Shown: positions 51,538 to 64,000 of the stretch, in pieces
Layout of the letters: each line of letters begins with the position of its first letter
Numbering within the stretch: position 1 is the stretch's first letter
Assembly (NCBI RefSeq): GCF_009914755.1
Contig: NC_060929.1
Source: the human T2T-CHM13v2.0 reference genome, Homo sapiens
Length of the DNA: 64,000 nucleotides
Reading direction: 5' to 3' (one strand)
Notes under the pieces: model-generated
The model's database searches: none
The model's input: the letters and a program-made list of their open reading frames with translations, nothing else
What the model was told of the DNA's origin: nothing
Made by a program: the position numbers and the translations under genes

Positions 51538-54491
51538 CAACCACTGCTTTAAAAATTTTAGAACTTATAAAAAATTCCTTTTGGAATCATCTTTCAAAAT
51601 ATATTCTAAAAATCTTAAAAATAATTAGTCTCATTATTTATAAACACAATTTATTTTATGCCCTCAAATAGTATTTAATTATTGGGTATTTAAATTTAAA
51701 TTTTCTTCACTTTTTAATGGTTAAGGGCTGGTTCTACATGTTAAATCTACCCCGAGCAAAAGAATATTTGTTGTTGAGGACGTATGTAAAGCTATAATGC
51801 AATGGGGATTTTAAGAATTCCAAATCATCACTACCGAGGCTTAAAATAGACCTGGAGTTAAAATGGGCCTCCCAACTGAAGAGGTTATCTTAAAGAGAGA
51901 AAAAATTAATTTAAAAATATGACCACTGCAAAAACAACCATCTTATCACTTGCCTTGTATAACTCAAAATTTCTACTGATCCTCAATATCATAACTGTGG
52001 TGTTGACACCCTCTGGTCCTCAGATGAGCCTGGACATGGGCCACATCCTTCCTTTGCCATCCTATCTGTCTCTGAGTCAGACAGCCAGCATCACCCACCA
52101 TTACCATCTGCAGGATTACATGACCAGCCAGATATATGGATGGAAAAGCTCAGAAACCCAAAGGTGATTTTGAGGCTGTGCCATTGTTGAGCTGATGATT
52201 GGCATTCTTTGTCACAGACAAAGCTCTGTCCTAAGCTGACGAGGAGAAAAAGTCATTAATTTATTCAACCGATGACTCTGAACACTGGTAAATACCCCGT
52301 CCTAAAAATTAAGTGTGCCTAGGTAAACCGCAATGTGACCAACCTGAAAGCTGTGCATGTTTTGATGGACACCAAGAGGATCTGCACTCCTCTTGCCGTT
52401 AAATCACTACAGAACAGGAGCAGCACGGTTTATATCTGTTATCTCAAGATGGATCCTTTTGACTAGAGGAGTTGATCCAGCCAATCACTCAATTATGTGC
52501 TTCCTAGTTGATGATTTGCATAACTCAATTTGAAACAAAAAATGAGTAAAGTTCTGACAAGCTGATTATTTGATCTGTGTTTTCTTGCAGAAGTATTGCT
52601 GCACAAGCTTCAGTGCCTCTATTTTTGTTTTGTCTTAAGCTACAATCCTTAAATAATGATATACTGTGAAAGGGCCCTTGGCATGATCTAAGCAATGACA
52701 CAGGATTCCTAGCCAAAATAAATTCAGACAAAGAAATTAGAGTCTGCTTATTTGAAATGCTGTGTGTTGCACAAAGCCAGGGGTGTGAGTAAATTATAGA
52801 ATCCGAAGCCAGTGGATTCCTCGGCCGACTCAACATCACAAAATTATCGAAAGCCAAAAGAAGAATTAGATGAATGCCAAAGAACATATCTCATATTACA
52901 TGATTTTCTCAGGGTGGCAGGCAGAAGGAGATCAAAGCAGAACCTTTAGGAATAAAATTTAGTTTAATGTGGAAGTTGGCAAACAAAACTTGAGTAAAAA
53001 GTTGGTGAATGAAAAGATTCTTCTGGAAGCAACTCTGTTACCTGTTTAATTTTGATCCATTTCCAATGGACAGAGGCATATTTGAGGAGATTTTAAAATT
53101 ATCCTTCCCTTGAGACTAAATAATAACTGGATTTTATTCCATTTAGAACTGAGGTAGAAATACGTCAGTAACGCAAGTAAGCATGCCTTGGAATATTAGA
53201 GTGGTGGCTTCCAAACACAACTGAGCCACAGAGTTTTCTAAAGTTTGAAGGTAAATACAAATTATAAAAAGAATGTAGTATGTGTGGGTTGAAGCTGACA
53301 ACCAACCATGCTTGGAAAGAATTATTTCTTATTCTAGGACTACATATTCCTATGATTTGGAGATTAAAATGATCTTTTATAATCCAAAAGTTGGTGATAG
53401 TCATGGTGTTTTGTTTTTATTTTCTTTTTTTTTTTTCAAAATAAAAATTGACTTCTCATGCAGCCTACAATTTATTTTAATTAATAGTTCACAGAAGTTT
53501 AAAAGTTTCAATCTACTCTTACAGAACACAAACTTAACCCTGACACAGGAGCTTGGCTTGAGTAGAAGCGGGGGAGAGAGAAGCAGGAGAGGCAGCAGTG
53601 CAGAGAGACAGAAGGGACAGCAGGAGCACGACTTCGTCAGCAGCAGGAGAGATGCTCCGGCCAAGTTCTCACTCTTGTCAACTCAGTCAGACTCTGTGAG
53701 TGGCACCCCTCTCCCCTCTCTCCTGGGCCATTTGCTCTTTACCCTGGGTGGGCTCATTCCTTGGTTCCAGACTCAGTAATGAAGCACCTCATTAGAGAGA
53801 AAGCCTGGGTTTGGGGAGAGTCAATGAAACCAGAGCAAATTTTGATGCATTGCTTAAAACAGATGAAGAGGACGAGCAAAGGGGAGACATGTCTCTTAAT
53901 TCTATGTGAAAACAAGGATATTTATGTATAGACTTCGCTCTTCAGGCATTGTAGAACTGACAGCTAATTATGCAGCCTGGATAGCATCTTGCCGAAGATG
54001 AACAACTCTGGTGGACCAAGTGAAGGCCAAACTAGTGATGTCCCAGCAGCGACTTTGAAAAGCCAATCAACTCTACCACTAAAGAGGTGATGTTCCACAC
54101 AAGATGTGGCTGTGCTGCTTGACTCAGAGGTTCCATTTAGCTCTGCAAACAATGTGGTCAGCTACCATAACCACAGCAGGCAGACCCAAGCAAAATGGGA
54201 TGGCATCAGCAACTTCCACACTCCAGGGCCCAGCTACTTTGAAACATTCTATTCTTCAGCTTGGCTTCTCATAGGTGGAAGAGGAAATCTTCTGTGCTTC
54301 AGCTTGGCTGCTCATGGGTGGAAGTGGAGGGTGCATAGTATTGTCCATGCAGTAGCAAGCACTAAAGGCCAACAAGAGTTCACCAAGCTACAGCCACAGC
54401 ATGGACCATAGACACTGCATTTTCTTACAGAGTCATACCCCTTAAACTTGCCCACATTCTGTGTGTGCAGCATCTCAGTGGTTAAGATTTT

Positions 54492-54734
54492 AAAAAAAGA
54501 AAAAAGAAAGAGAAAGAAGACAGAAGAAAAAGAAAGAAAGGAAGAAAGGAAGAAAGAGAAAGAAAGAAAGAGAGAAAGAAAGAAAGAAAGAAAGAGAGAG
54601 AAAGAAAGAAAGAGAGAGAAAGGAAGGAAGGAAGGAAGAAAAGGAAAGAAAGGAAGAAAGAAAAGGAAAGAAAGAAAGGAAGGGAGGAAGGAAAGGAAAG
54701 AAAGAAAGGAAAAGAAAGAAAGAGAAAGAAAAGG
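54492..54734. repeat. Polypurine (AAAG/AAGG/AG)n tract, ~240 bp
   Basis: Almost purely A/G on the + strand (a single C near 54520). Confidence 0.97.
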
Positions 54735-55519
54735 TTAATCAGAAAAGGCTGAAGCTTGGACTTACATCTTTTACATCCAAGTCCTGTTAGCAAAGAAGTC
54801 ACCCAGATCATTGAGCCAAGAGGAGGGACGCTGAGCTCCTCGTCATCCCAGTGTGGCTGTGGACACCGAGCCTAGAGATGGGTGGTGAGGGTACAGCATC
54901 TCACTCGGCTTGGAGAGCTGCAGGGGCCGTGTACACAGGCAGAGGTGCCCTGAGCCAACACCAAATGGTGGGAAGTGGCTGGAGGGAGAGCAGTGCTTCA
55001 CACTGAAGAGTCCATGTCTTCACTAGCAGAAGTCCTCTTTCTCCATGGCTCATAGAAAAGCTGAGAATGTTCTTCCTCCATCACCGGAACCCTATTTATG
55101 GGAAGTGTTAAGAGGAGCCTGTGACGGTGCTCGACAAGGAGAACAGGGCTGCTTTCTTCCAGAGTTCCTTCGCTCATCGTCTCCTGGACATATGAATTAT
55201 AGAACAAGTTTTCATGTCATTTTGTTTTGTGTTGGGATTTCAGATGAGCCACTGGGAAGCAGAAAGCAGAGTTGTGTGAAGTGTGTGCACTTCAGCCTCA
55301 TTCTAGGCTGTGCTTTCTCCACGGCCCCCTTCTCTGTCTTTCTCAGCCCCTCCCTTCAATGATGCCAAATAGCATTTTATGTCGACATACAAGGTGCCTT
55401 AAATTATTTCAGGATCAAGATGGGGCATAACTAAAAAATAACTTTTATTTTGCAAATTTGATTTAAAATTTTGGGGGCCTAAAAATGTGTACCTGCAAGG
55501 AGGAATATTTAATCTTAAA

Positions 55520-56480
55520 ATGACTGCCTTTCTTAACATAAAAGTGCTATGTGTTTATCAAAAAACAATCAAATAGTACAGATACCAACAAAGAAGAAAG
55601 GCAGATAGTGAGCATTTGAGGACTTTGTGCATTTTCAATATAAATACATTTTGTTCAACGTCCTCCAGAAAATCTGCAGCCTAGGATGTGGGTGCCCACC
55701 TCAGCAGCCTTCCCCAGCCCTGCACATCAGCCATAGTTCAGTATTTTCCAGTTTAAGATATAGGCCTTTTATTTAAATGAAGGTCATATTTTCCACTCTC
55801 AGCTGGATTAAAACTTTGGGTGGGTTACAGGTCCTGCGTGGTGTGTGGCTGCTGCTGCAGACAGTCTGTTCTTAAACCTTGTCGAATTTTCTGTTTAGAT
55901 GTTCATGGCGTTCTTGGTTTGGAGAGCTCTTTTCTTTGTCAGAAATGTATTTTTTTTTCATTTTGTCATTTCATTTAACTTTATTTTTGTTTTTATGTTT
56001 CAATGAACGTTAAACTTTCATGAGCCAAATTTTTCATTCTTTTACGGGATAATTAAGATTTATATTCGGAGAACCCTTCTCACAATCAAACCATTATCAC
56101 CAAAATTCTACTGAGTTTTCTTCCTGAATTTCTGCTGTTTTATCTTGCATCCTTGCACATTTAATCACCTTAATTTTATTTTTGTGTAAGATGTATGCTT
56201 GTATAAGATACATTTTTCACAATGTATGTATCTCTTGCCTATGTGCCTTTCTTCTGAATGGCTAGCCAAGATGCCCTTCGGTGGTGAGCGTCCCACCACG
56301 GCCTCACTGATGCAAGCCCATCCTTCCTGACATGTTAGATGCCACTCCGCAGATCATCTTCCCCGAGCGAGGAATTCAAGCCCATTTGTTGTTTTGCCTT
56401 TTCCTAGGCAAGTGCTCAATTATTGTAATTACTGGAACTGTTTTGTAGAGTAATGTGAATAACTCACAGAAGAATTTTTA
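55520..56480 (-). mobile_element. Ancient L1ME-type 3' fragment
   Basis: Degenerate antisense L1ME-like motifs (aaatagtacagata..aaagaagaaag; ttaattttatttttgtgtaagatgta). Confidence 0.5.
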
Positions 56481-59400
56481 AATAACTCATCTATGAATTA
56501 AAAAAAAGGTAATGAGTTATGTACAACTCACATTAAGCCAGGAATAGAAAAGTAAAAGAGAAACATTTGTATCAACAAGTTGGGAAAAGACACAGAAGGC
56601 AGGATTATCAAATACCGTGTTGACACAAAGTTGGGAGAGATGGCTAATGCCAAGGAACAGAATCCGACTTTAAAAAGAAAGTGGGGGATCAGAATTAACA
56701 AGGTAAAGTCAGCGGGTAACTGCAACACAGGGCTCTTAGGTTTAGCAGAATGATTCCCCTTGTACTGGGCGGTAAAGCCCCAGATTAACGTGGTCTCTTG
56801 TGAAACAGACGGAGGGTTTTCATTCACCACAAGGGCAGCAGCAGCCAACAGGGCGAGTTTGGGCGGCACCACCGTGAGTCTGGAAGCCCGTGGAGGGTGC
56901 CTGCAGCCCTCCCTGCTGCTGCCAGGCGTCTCAGCACTGATGTCCCCCAGAAACCCACGATGGCCTGCGGACGGCGGTCCACTCGGGACCCAGTACATCT
57001 GTGGGAAGTAATCACCTGTGTTTAAGGCTAGAACTCTCATGCAAGTGTTCGTGATTTTAACAAATGTTCTCTGGAAACTATGATTTTAGAAAAAATAACT
57101 CTTTACCAACCAAAATGATGATATTTAACAAGCAGACCACTAAATGCTTTTATAAAAGGACCTCTTGAGAATATTTGAATTTTACTGGTGTCAACTAAGT
57201 TGAACATAGGTGGAAGAGAAAAAGAAATCCTTAAGTTTTATGAAAGTTGAAGGCAGAAAGCTCATCATTCTAAAGTCATAGGTATCTCAGAAATGAAAAT
57301 CTCATTGACGATGCAACATGCTAGAGTTGATAATGAAGTAAAGGTACTCCTGAAAAAAAAAGGAGAATGATAAGAATATAAATCTGAAAATATACCTGGA
57401 TCTCATTCCAGAAAATAAAAGGTAGAGACTAAAGCAGTTTGGAAAAACTGATTTAGTTTGGGAAACAGAAAAAAGTGAGGCAAGAGAGAAAGGAGAAGAG
57501 AAGGAAGAGAAAAAGGAGGAGAAACCCCAGGGGAAGGGACAGTACTGATTCTCGAAAATATCAGATAAAGGGGTGATTTACCAGGGAAACACCAAATCAA
57601 TATTAACCCAGCTCATAGTCACCCTAGGTAAGGCTCAGCCCCCCGAGCCTGGGTCCAAATCTAGACCCTCCTCCCCAAGGGATGAACCTGGCCTCCACTC
57701 CTAATTTAGACAACGCAGAATCTGGAGGAGGCTGCTCCCCAGTGCGACTTCTCCCCCATGGTGGGAAGAACCCCACAACTCATGGGTGCCGGGGGGTGTC
57801 AGCTTCCCCGCCCGGCCCCCACCATCTTCCCCAACACTCATGGGGGTGGGGCTTCCACTGGAGAAAGGCGTGTCACAGCCTCGTGTTGAGTTGAACCTCA
57901 GAAAGCGCTTTCTCCTGGAGTCAGCATTAGGGCCGTCAGCCGCATCTACAAGGTATACCTGAGCTTTTTTTATGAGGTGGCCTTGGAATCCCACCTCAAT
58001 ATATAGTTCAATATAAATGAACTTCTGAAGTTAAGCCCAATCATAAGCGACACACAACCCATCTTTGCCACAACTACATTTGCTAACTCCTGGGGTGATC
58101 ACTTCAGTGCTATAAAAGCCACCTTTGATGGGAGCCGAATCAATTCCAAATATTTCCCTTGAGACCTCTGGCTCCAGGAACTCCTGCGTGGAAGTCCGTG
58201 GGTCTCCTCGGGCTGAACCTGCTCTTGCCTCTCCACCGTGTTGCCTAGGCTGTGGTGGCCTCAAGGCGTTTGAACTGACGCTACTGGGCAACGGGAAGGT
58301 GGTTTGTCCCAGGTAAAGTCACAGAATAGGCAGGGCAGGTGTCCTCAGCGTCATGTGCTCACTCGAGTCCAGGCTGGTCAAGATTTCAGCCACGTTCAGA
58401 CTCCCCTCTGCTCTTACTCAATGATTTTAAATGACGGATAAAAGTCATACGGTTGTTTGTTTACTTGACTGAACACAGTTAGGAAAGTGTAGGGTTGTAT
58501 TGTCATGTTTAATTGCTACCAAAATATTTGTATGTCGAGTAAACAGTTATAGATAAAGAAAGACATTGTTTGGAAATTGGATTAATTAGTATTTAATTGC
58601 TATAACTTGCAGTTAATCCATTAATATTAAGAATGTAAGCTTGCAACAAATTAGTCACAAACAAAAGAAACCAACAAGGAATGAAGGATCTTTTGCCAAA
58701 TCCATAACCCAAGAGAACTTGGCCCTCCTGCAGCTTTGAATGAGTTGTTAGGAATCTCAATGTATTTACATGGGTGAAAACTGCATTTCTCTTTCTAACC
58801 TCAAAGGTCTTCTTAAATGGCTTAGGTACATTCAGCATGAGTTCTGATGACTCAGAGGTGATGCACGTACCTTGGCAGGAGTGGGTGCCTTCAACTTAGA
58901 GGACATCTGAAGATAAGGGCTTTCCAGGAGGAGGGAGGAACATTTCAGGTCTGTTTGGGAGGACAAGAACCCCCGACTATTCACTGCCTGCAAATCCAAA
59001 CACTTCCTAGCAAATCTGAAAGCTTGGGTTCATGCCAGGAACAAGTTGTCTAATACAGAGTCTGTCCAGGAGGGAGTGGGGACCCTGGCTATGGAGTCTT
59101 GTTCTGGTTTATTCTGCCTTGGTCTGGTTGAGTGGATTATCTGTCCTGCCTTCTCTGACTGGGAGAGCTTGGAAGAACCTTCAGGGTGGATGCATTCCCA
59201 GAATCCACACTCAGCAGCACCCAGGAGACTCGAATGGGACCTCAACCCAAAGTCGAGGTGAACCCAGCCAGCTTTGCCTCACACTGGGACCCAGGACTGA
59301 GGCCTTCCTGGCCCCTGAGCACCGGGGAGCTGACTCCAGTTGCTAATCACACAATGAGGCCCCAAAGACAATGGGGTTTCACGGCAGCGCCACAGCTCCC

Positions 59401-60424
59401 TCCCATTCCCTTCCACCACCAGCAGCTCTTAAAGGCCTTCCTGAACGGCTCACTGTCAGCAAAGCCAGTGTGTGCCCCGCAATCCCACAGACAACAAAGC
59501 CGGCAGCAGCATTTCACGCGGGTGATGTCACCCAGGTAAAATTGCACTGACAAGCTTTTAATTAAAGTTTTCCCACACGTCTCTCCGCAGGTCCCCGGAG
59601 CGATTATTCATTATGTACGGACTGCCAGCCAATTGTGAGTTGGGAGGGAAGTGTTTTATTTTCAAAGCTCTTGCTGACAGCTAGAGAACACTTTGTTGTA
59701 CAATCTGTTTATGTTTTTTCACATATGCACACACTCACCCCCGTCTTGCTAAAGGGGAAATGGCGGTGCAGGGTGGTGAACGTGTGTGGTAGTAATTACG
59801 TGCACCTGCTGCTGAGGTGACTGCATGGGGGGTAGCCAAGCGCCCTCCACGAGCGATTGCCCCCATCTTGACGAGACGCCCCCAGCTGGTCAAGGAGGTG
59901 TGACTCCAGGAAAGCACAGGTTCAAACTGGTGCAGAGGCTGCCGCTGGAGCAGGGAGGCTCCCTGGGAAACGTGGGCGCAGTCACCAGCAGGAAAAACAG
60001 GCGCCTGCAGGAGGAGCAGCTAGGGAAGTCTGGAGCAGGCTTTTGTCCACACGAAGATGCTGCCCACGTCTCTGTCTCTGAGAATCTGCTTCTGAAGAAA
60101 GAACCCAGATTCCAGGAGTGAGAGTGAGACCTATGAAGTGACCGGGGGCTTCTGTGGCCCCGGGTTCCGCCTTGTACAGTTTCTGGGGAGGAGCACGGCT
60201 GCTCTGCTGTCTCCCCATCACCACGACCACGACATGGGAGGGGTCGAAGGGGACCCACTGAGGATAGGCGGTGTGCAGACATACGTTTCCACGATGACCT
60301 TTGGGCCACTCCTGGCATCCCCTGCCAGGCTTCCATGGCACCTCCTGGGAGCCATGGGGGCTTCAGGACTGGGTTCTCATTCTGACTGTGACCTTGCTGG
60401 CTGTGGGGCTTCACATGCATAATG

Positions 60425-60500
60425 TATCCTCCCTGGCCTCAGTTTCCCCACATGTAAACTGGGAATAGGAATAGCTAACTCAGGGGGTGGGTCACGGCTG
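60425..60500 (+). mobile_element. MIR core relic
   Basis: ggcctcagtttccccacatgtaaactgggaataggaatag. Confidence 0.65.
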
Positions 60501-61101
60501 AATCAGAAACTGAATTCATGGTGAGGGATGCGGTTCTTCAATCCTGAAAAGCACGGCCAGTCACATGCATCCCCCCAGAAAATGCAACGATACCATGACA
60601 CTCATGCAGGCCCTTCCTCTCTTCTGTGGTAGCTCCAAACTGGTGCAGACCAAGGATTCCAAAACCTCTGGCCCATCTCTTCACCTATCTTCCAGTCAAA
60701 ATTATCTGTGATTTGGACAAAGAAAGCATATGCACATACATGCATTCAGCTGGACCATAGGGCTCTGCTCTTGTGCACATACAAGAAGCGCACACGCTGC
60801 AGCCTGTGGAGGTCTCCCAGGGTCCCCTGTGGCCCAGCAGCCATCTTCGAACTTTCACCCAGACAGGCTCATGCCCTGCCGGCAGCACTTCCTGCTCCTG
60901 CATCGCTTGGCCACAAATCCCTGGTGGGCTCTGAGCATCCCCATGGCAAGCTATGAGGGAGGAGCTTGTGCTCAGTACCCTCAACATGGCAGGGGCGTGC
61001 TCAGGATGCCTGGTGGCCACAGCTCAGCCACCCGCACTCTCTCTGGCCTCCTACATCTCCCTCCAGCTCCACTGGTCAGCTCTTCTTCCCTCTGAGCCTG
61101 A

Positions 61102-61431
<330 letters not shown>

Positions 61432-62189
61432 ATTAGATAGTAAATTTAAAAAGAGCCACTGCACCGTGCAGAGCACCATGAAGATCAAACCTGCATTCAC
61501 ACCCACCCTTAGTGGGACGTGGGAAATCCATTGGTTCTCTTTGCCACTGCCCCGCCTGGCCGTCACATTGCTAGGACCTTGTCCCACTAGGGGGGACCCC
61601 CCTCCCTCAGCTCAGGAGTCCCACCCAGGATTCAAGTGACCTCAATAGCACAGAAAAACAGTTCCTGAAACCACACTGGGTCTTTTATGAAGCTGTGTGC
61701 AGCTCAAGGCTTTCATTCCCTGCATGCTTCCTGCTCCCCTTCCAGGTGCAAGGTGCAGGGCAAGGGGCCAAAATCACAATTCTGAGCAAGAGAAGCAGCC
61801 CTGATCTCACTGAGCATACAGCCCAGCCACGGGCATGACACTGAACCCAGCGCAGCGAAGCGTCTGGGCGGAAGCCCACAGGAGCACAGCCAAGCCAACC
61901 CTAGGAGCCAGGAAAAGCTTCTCAGGGGCCTGGCATGACCCCTGACACTGGAAGGCAATATAGGAATTACTCTTATAAAGGGAAATGAAAAGAGGGAACC
62001 ACATAACAGGAACACGGGTTACCAGGGCCCAGGGAAAGACAAGGAGAGAGGGAAAGAGGCAGGGAGGAAGGGAGGGGAGCCAGCAATGGCGCATTCGAGA
62101 ACCTTGGAAGGGTGCCATGTTCAAGGCTTGGGCCTATCAGAAGAGCAGCACAGGAAGGAGGTGGCTGGAGGCACCAAATTGCTAAGCTG

Positions 62190-62704
62190 CAGATAACACT
62201 GCCGGGGCTATGGGCTGGTACATGGCCTGTTAGGAACATCTAACAGCAAGAGGTGAGTGGCAGGAGAGCAAGCGAAACTTCATCTGTATTTACAGCCACT
62301 CTGCCTTGCTGGCATTATCACCTGAGCTCCACCTCCTGTCAGATCAGCAGTGGCGTGAGAGTCTCATAGGAACACAAACCCTACTGTGAACTGCACGTGT
62401 GAGGAATCTGCACTGTGCTCCTCGTGAGAATCTAATGCCTGAAGATCTGTCACTGTCTCCCATCACCCCCAGATGGGACTATCTAGTTGCAGGAAAACAA
62501 GCTCGGGGCTCCCACGGATTCTACATTATGGTGAGTTGTGTAATTATTTCATTATATATTATAATGCAATGATCATAATAGAAATAAAGGAAACAATACA
62601 TGTAATGGGCTTGAATCATTGTGAAACTATCCCCTTGCCCCATCTATGGAAAAATTGTCTTCTGTGAAACGAGTGCCTTGTGCCAAAAAGGTTGGGGACC
62701 ACTG
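62190..62704 (+). mobile_element. MER1A hAT-Charlie DNA transposon
   Basis: tggcctgttaggaac...cttcatctgtatttacagcc...tgagctccacctcctgtcagatcagc...ctgtcactgtctcccatcacccccagatggga...gtgccaaaaaggttggggaccactg. The ~515-bp length fits MER1A rather than MER1B. Confidence 0.92.
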
Positions 62705-62709
62705 CTCTA

Positions 62710-62940
62710 GGGCACGTGGCTTTATCTTAGATGCAATAGAGCCCCTGAAAGTTGTGAGTGATAAAAAGCACCATCTAACTTGCCTTTTAGAGATAATTTT
62801 CCAGTTGCTGGGCAGACAGTGGTTGAGAGAGGAGGCAGGGGATTCTTGGGAGGACTTCATTGTCACCCAGGAGTGGGAGTGGTCTGCTGGGACAAGGCAG
62901 GGCAAGTAAGGATGGACAGGGACGGCTGGGGGCAGCAGGA
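62710..62940 (-). mobile_element. L2 fragment; L2-like sequence also lies at ~61880-62185, on the other side of MER1A
   Basis: ctttatcttagatgcaatagagcccctgaaag...ttgccttttagagataattttccagttgctg, antisense L2-like. Confidence 0.5.
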
Positions 62941-63037
62941 GAAGGGATGCCACAGAGACAGGCCTGTGCAACATGTCCTGTGAGCTGCATGGAGGGCTCT
63001 GATGCCTGGTGAACATGTGTGTAAATGCATGAATCAA

Positions 63038-63061
63038 GGATGGATGGATGGATGGATGGAT
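63038..63061. repeat. (GGAT)n microsatellite
   Basis: ggatggatggatggatggatgga. Confidence 0.9.
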
Positions 63062-63199
63062 TCTATTGATGGATTAGTAGAAAAACATTGATTCTCAGTT
63101 ATCTGACAGTTTCACTCTTTAGAACAGGTTTACATAATACATGAGGCAATTTTTATTAAGGCCACAAAATTGATGATCCTTTCCTGAATTGCAGGCTGT

Positions 63200-64000
63200 A
63201 AGTCCCCTCCTCTTGAATCTCTGATGGCTTGTGACTGCTCCAGTCCACCTGGTATGAGGGAAGTATATTATAGGATGCCGGAAACTCATCCAGAGAGGCA
63301 TGCAGTGTCCACCCTGTTCTTCTGGATGGTCATGCTGGAGCCCAGGATCTCAGGAGCCTTCCAGGTTGGAGAAGCCTGGCCATGTGGAATCCTCGTGGCT
63401 GACAGTCCAAGCTGAGCTCAGCTTTTTAGCACCAGGTGGCTTTGTTTTGCTAAGCTATTCTTGAAATGAGTGTGTTCCCAAACCTTGAGAACAGCCCCAG
63501 GCCTCATGTATTTCCACTTAGGATCCCAGATATTGTGAGTCAGAGACACACCGTCTTCTCTGTGCCTGTTTAAATTCTTGAAATCTGAATACATGAGCCG
63601 AATGAAATAGTCGTTTATGCCGCTAACTTTTGTGTGATTTGTTTTTCATTAATAGGAACTGGAACAGAATTTGGCCGCTGGAAGTGGGATGCCACCACAA
63701 TAAAAACCTAAAATACATGGCACTCATTTTAGGGTTGGAGAAAATTGGAGAGCCTTGAGGAGACCATCAGCAGAAGCTAGGCAGATTTCACAGGAGCTGC
63801 CAGGGAAAACGCAATGAAGAGAATAAAAAACGTTACCAGAGGAAAGAAGATTCCTGCTATATGTGGTAGAAATTTAGCAAAACTGTTGCCTGCAATAATG
63901 TAGAAAACACAGGCAATGAAATGATGGACTAGACTAAAGAGATTTTTTGGGCAGAATGTTGAAAGTGTCAACTGTTTTCTGTTAGCTGCACATCAAAAGG
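63200..64000 (+). mobile_element. MaLR MLT1 LTR (to ~63666) followed by MLT1 internal sequence
   Basis: LTR 3' end gtttatgccgctaacttttgtgtgatttgtt...aataggaactggaaca, then ctggaagtgggatgccaccacaataaaaacctaaaatacatggcact (MLT1-int start). The 5' boundary is uncertain. Confidence 0.7.

Noticed and set aside
54448-54811. Lys/Glu/Arg-rich and Phe/Leu/Ser-rich ORFs
   Set aside because: They are translations of the polypurine simple repeat.
61583-61600. CTCF-like motif ccactagggggac
   Set aside because: Mismatch in the conserved GGC core end; a single partial match is expected by chance.

Overview
Primate (human-like) nuclear genomic DNA. It is CpG-depleted overall and rich in interspersed repeats: nine dimeric Alus plus one Alu monomer, L1PA/L1PB/L1M fragments, L2 and MIR relics, MER72-like, MER68-like and MLT1 LTRs, and a MER1A DNA transposon. 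It also holds several micro- and minisatellites. I recognise no protein-coding gene, tRNA, rRNA, CRISPR array or prokaryotic-type system. The listed ORFs are chance ORFs or come from repeats; the only protein I recognise is a broken L1 ORF2p C-terminus. The window looks intergenic or deep-intronic, with one small CpG-rich patch and several homeobox/SOX/FOX-motif-rich non-repeat blocks that could be enhancers. The sequence does not support a new biological system. The best leads are: (1) a diverged ~200-bp inverted repeat pair at 42.9/44.0 kb that I cannot assign to a repeat family; (2) a diverged ~220-bp direct repeat pair at 3.8/11.9 kb; (3) a ~530-bp minisatellite that grew out of a ~22-bp motif inside an old L1; (4) a closely spaced inverted Alu pair; (5) several candidate non-coding exons. 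Repeat subfamily names come from recalled consensus sequences, not from a RepeatMasker run, and boundaries of old repeats are approximate.
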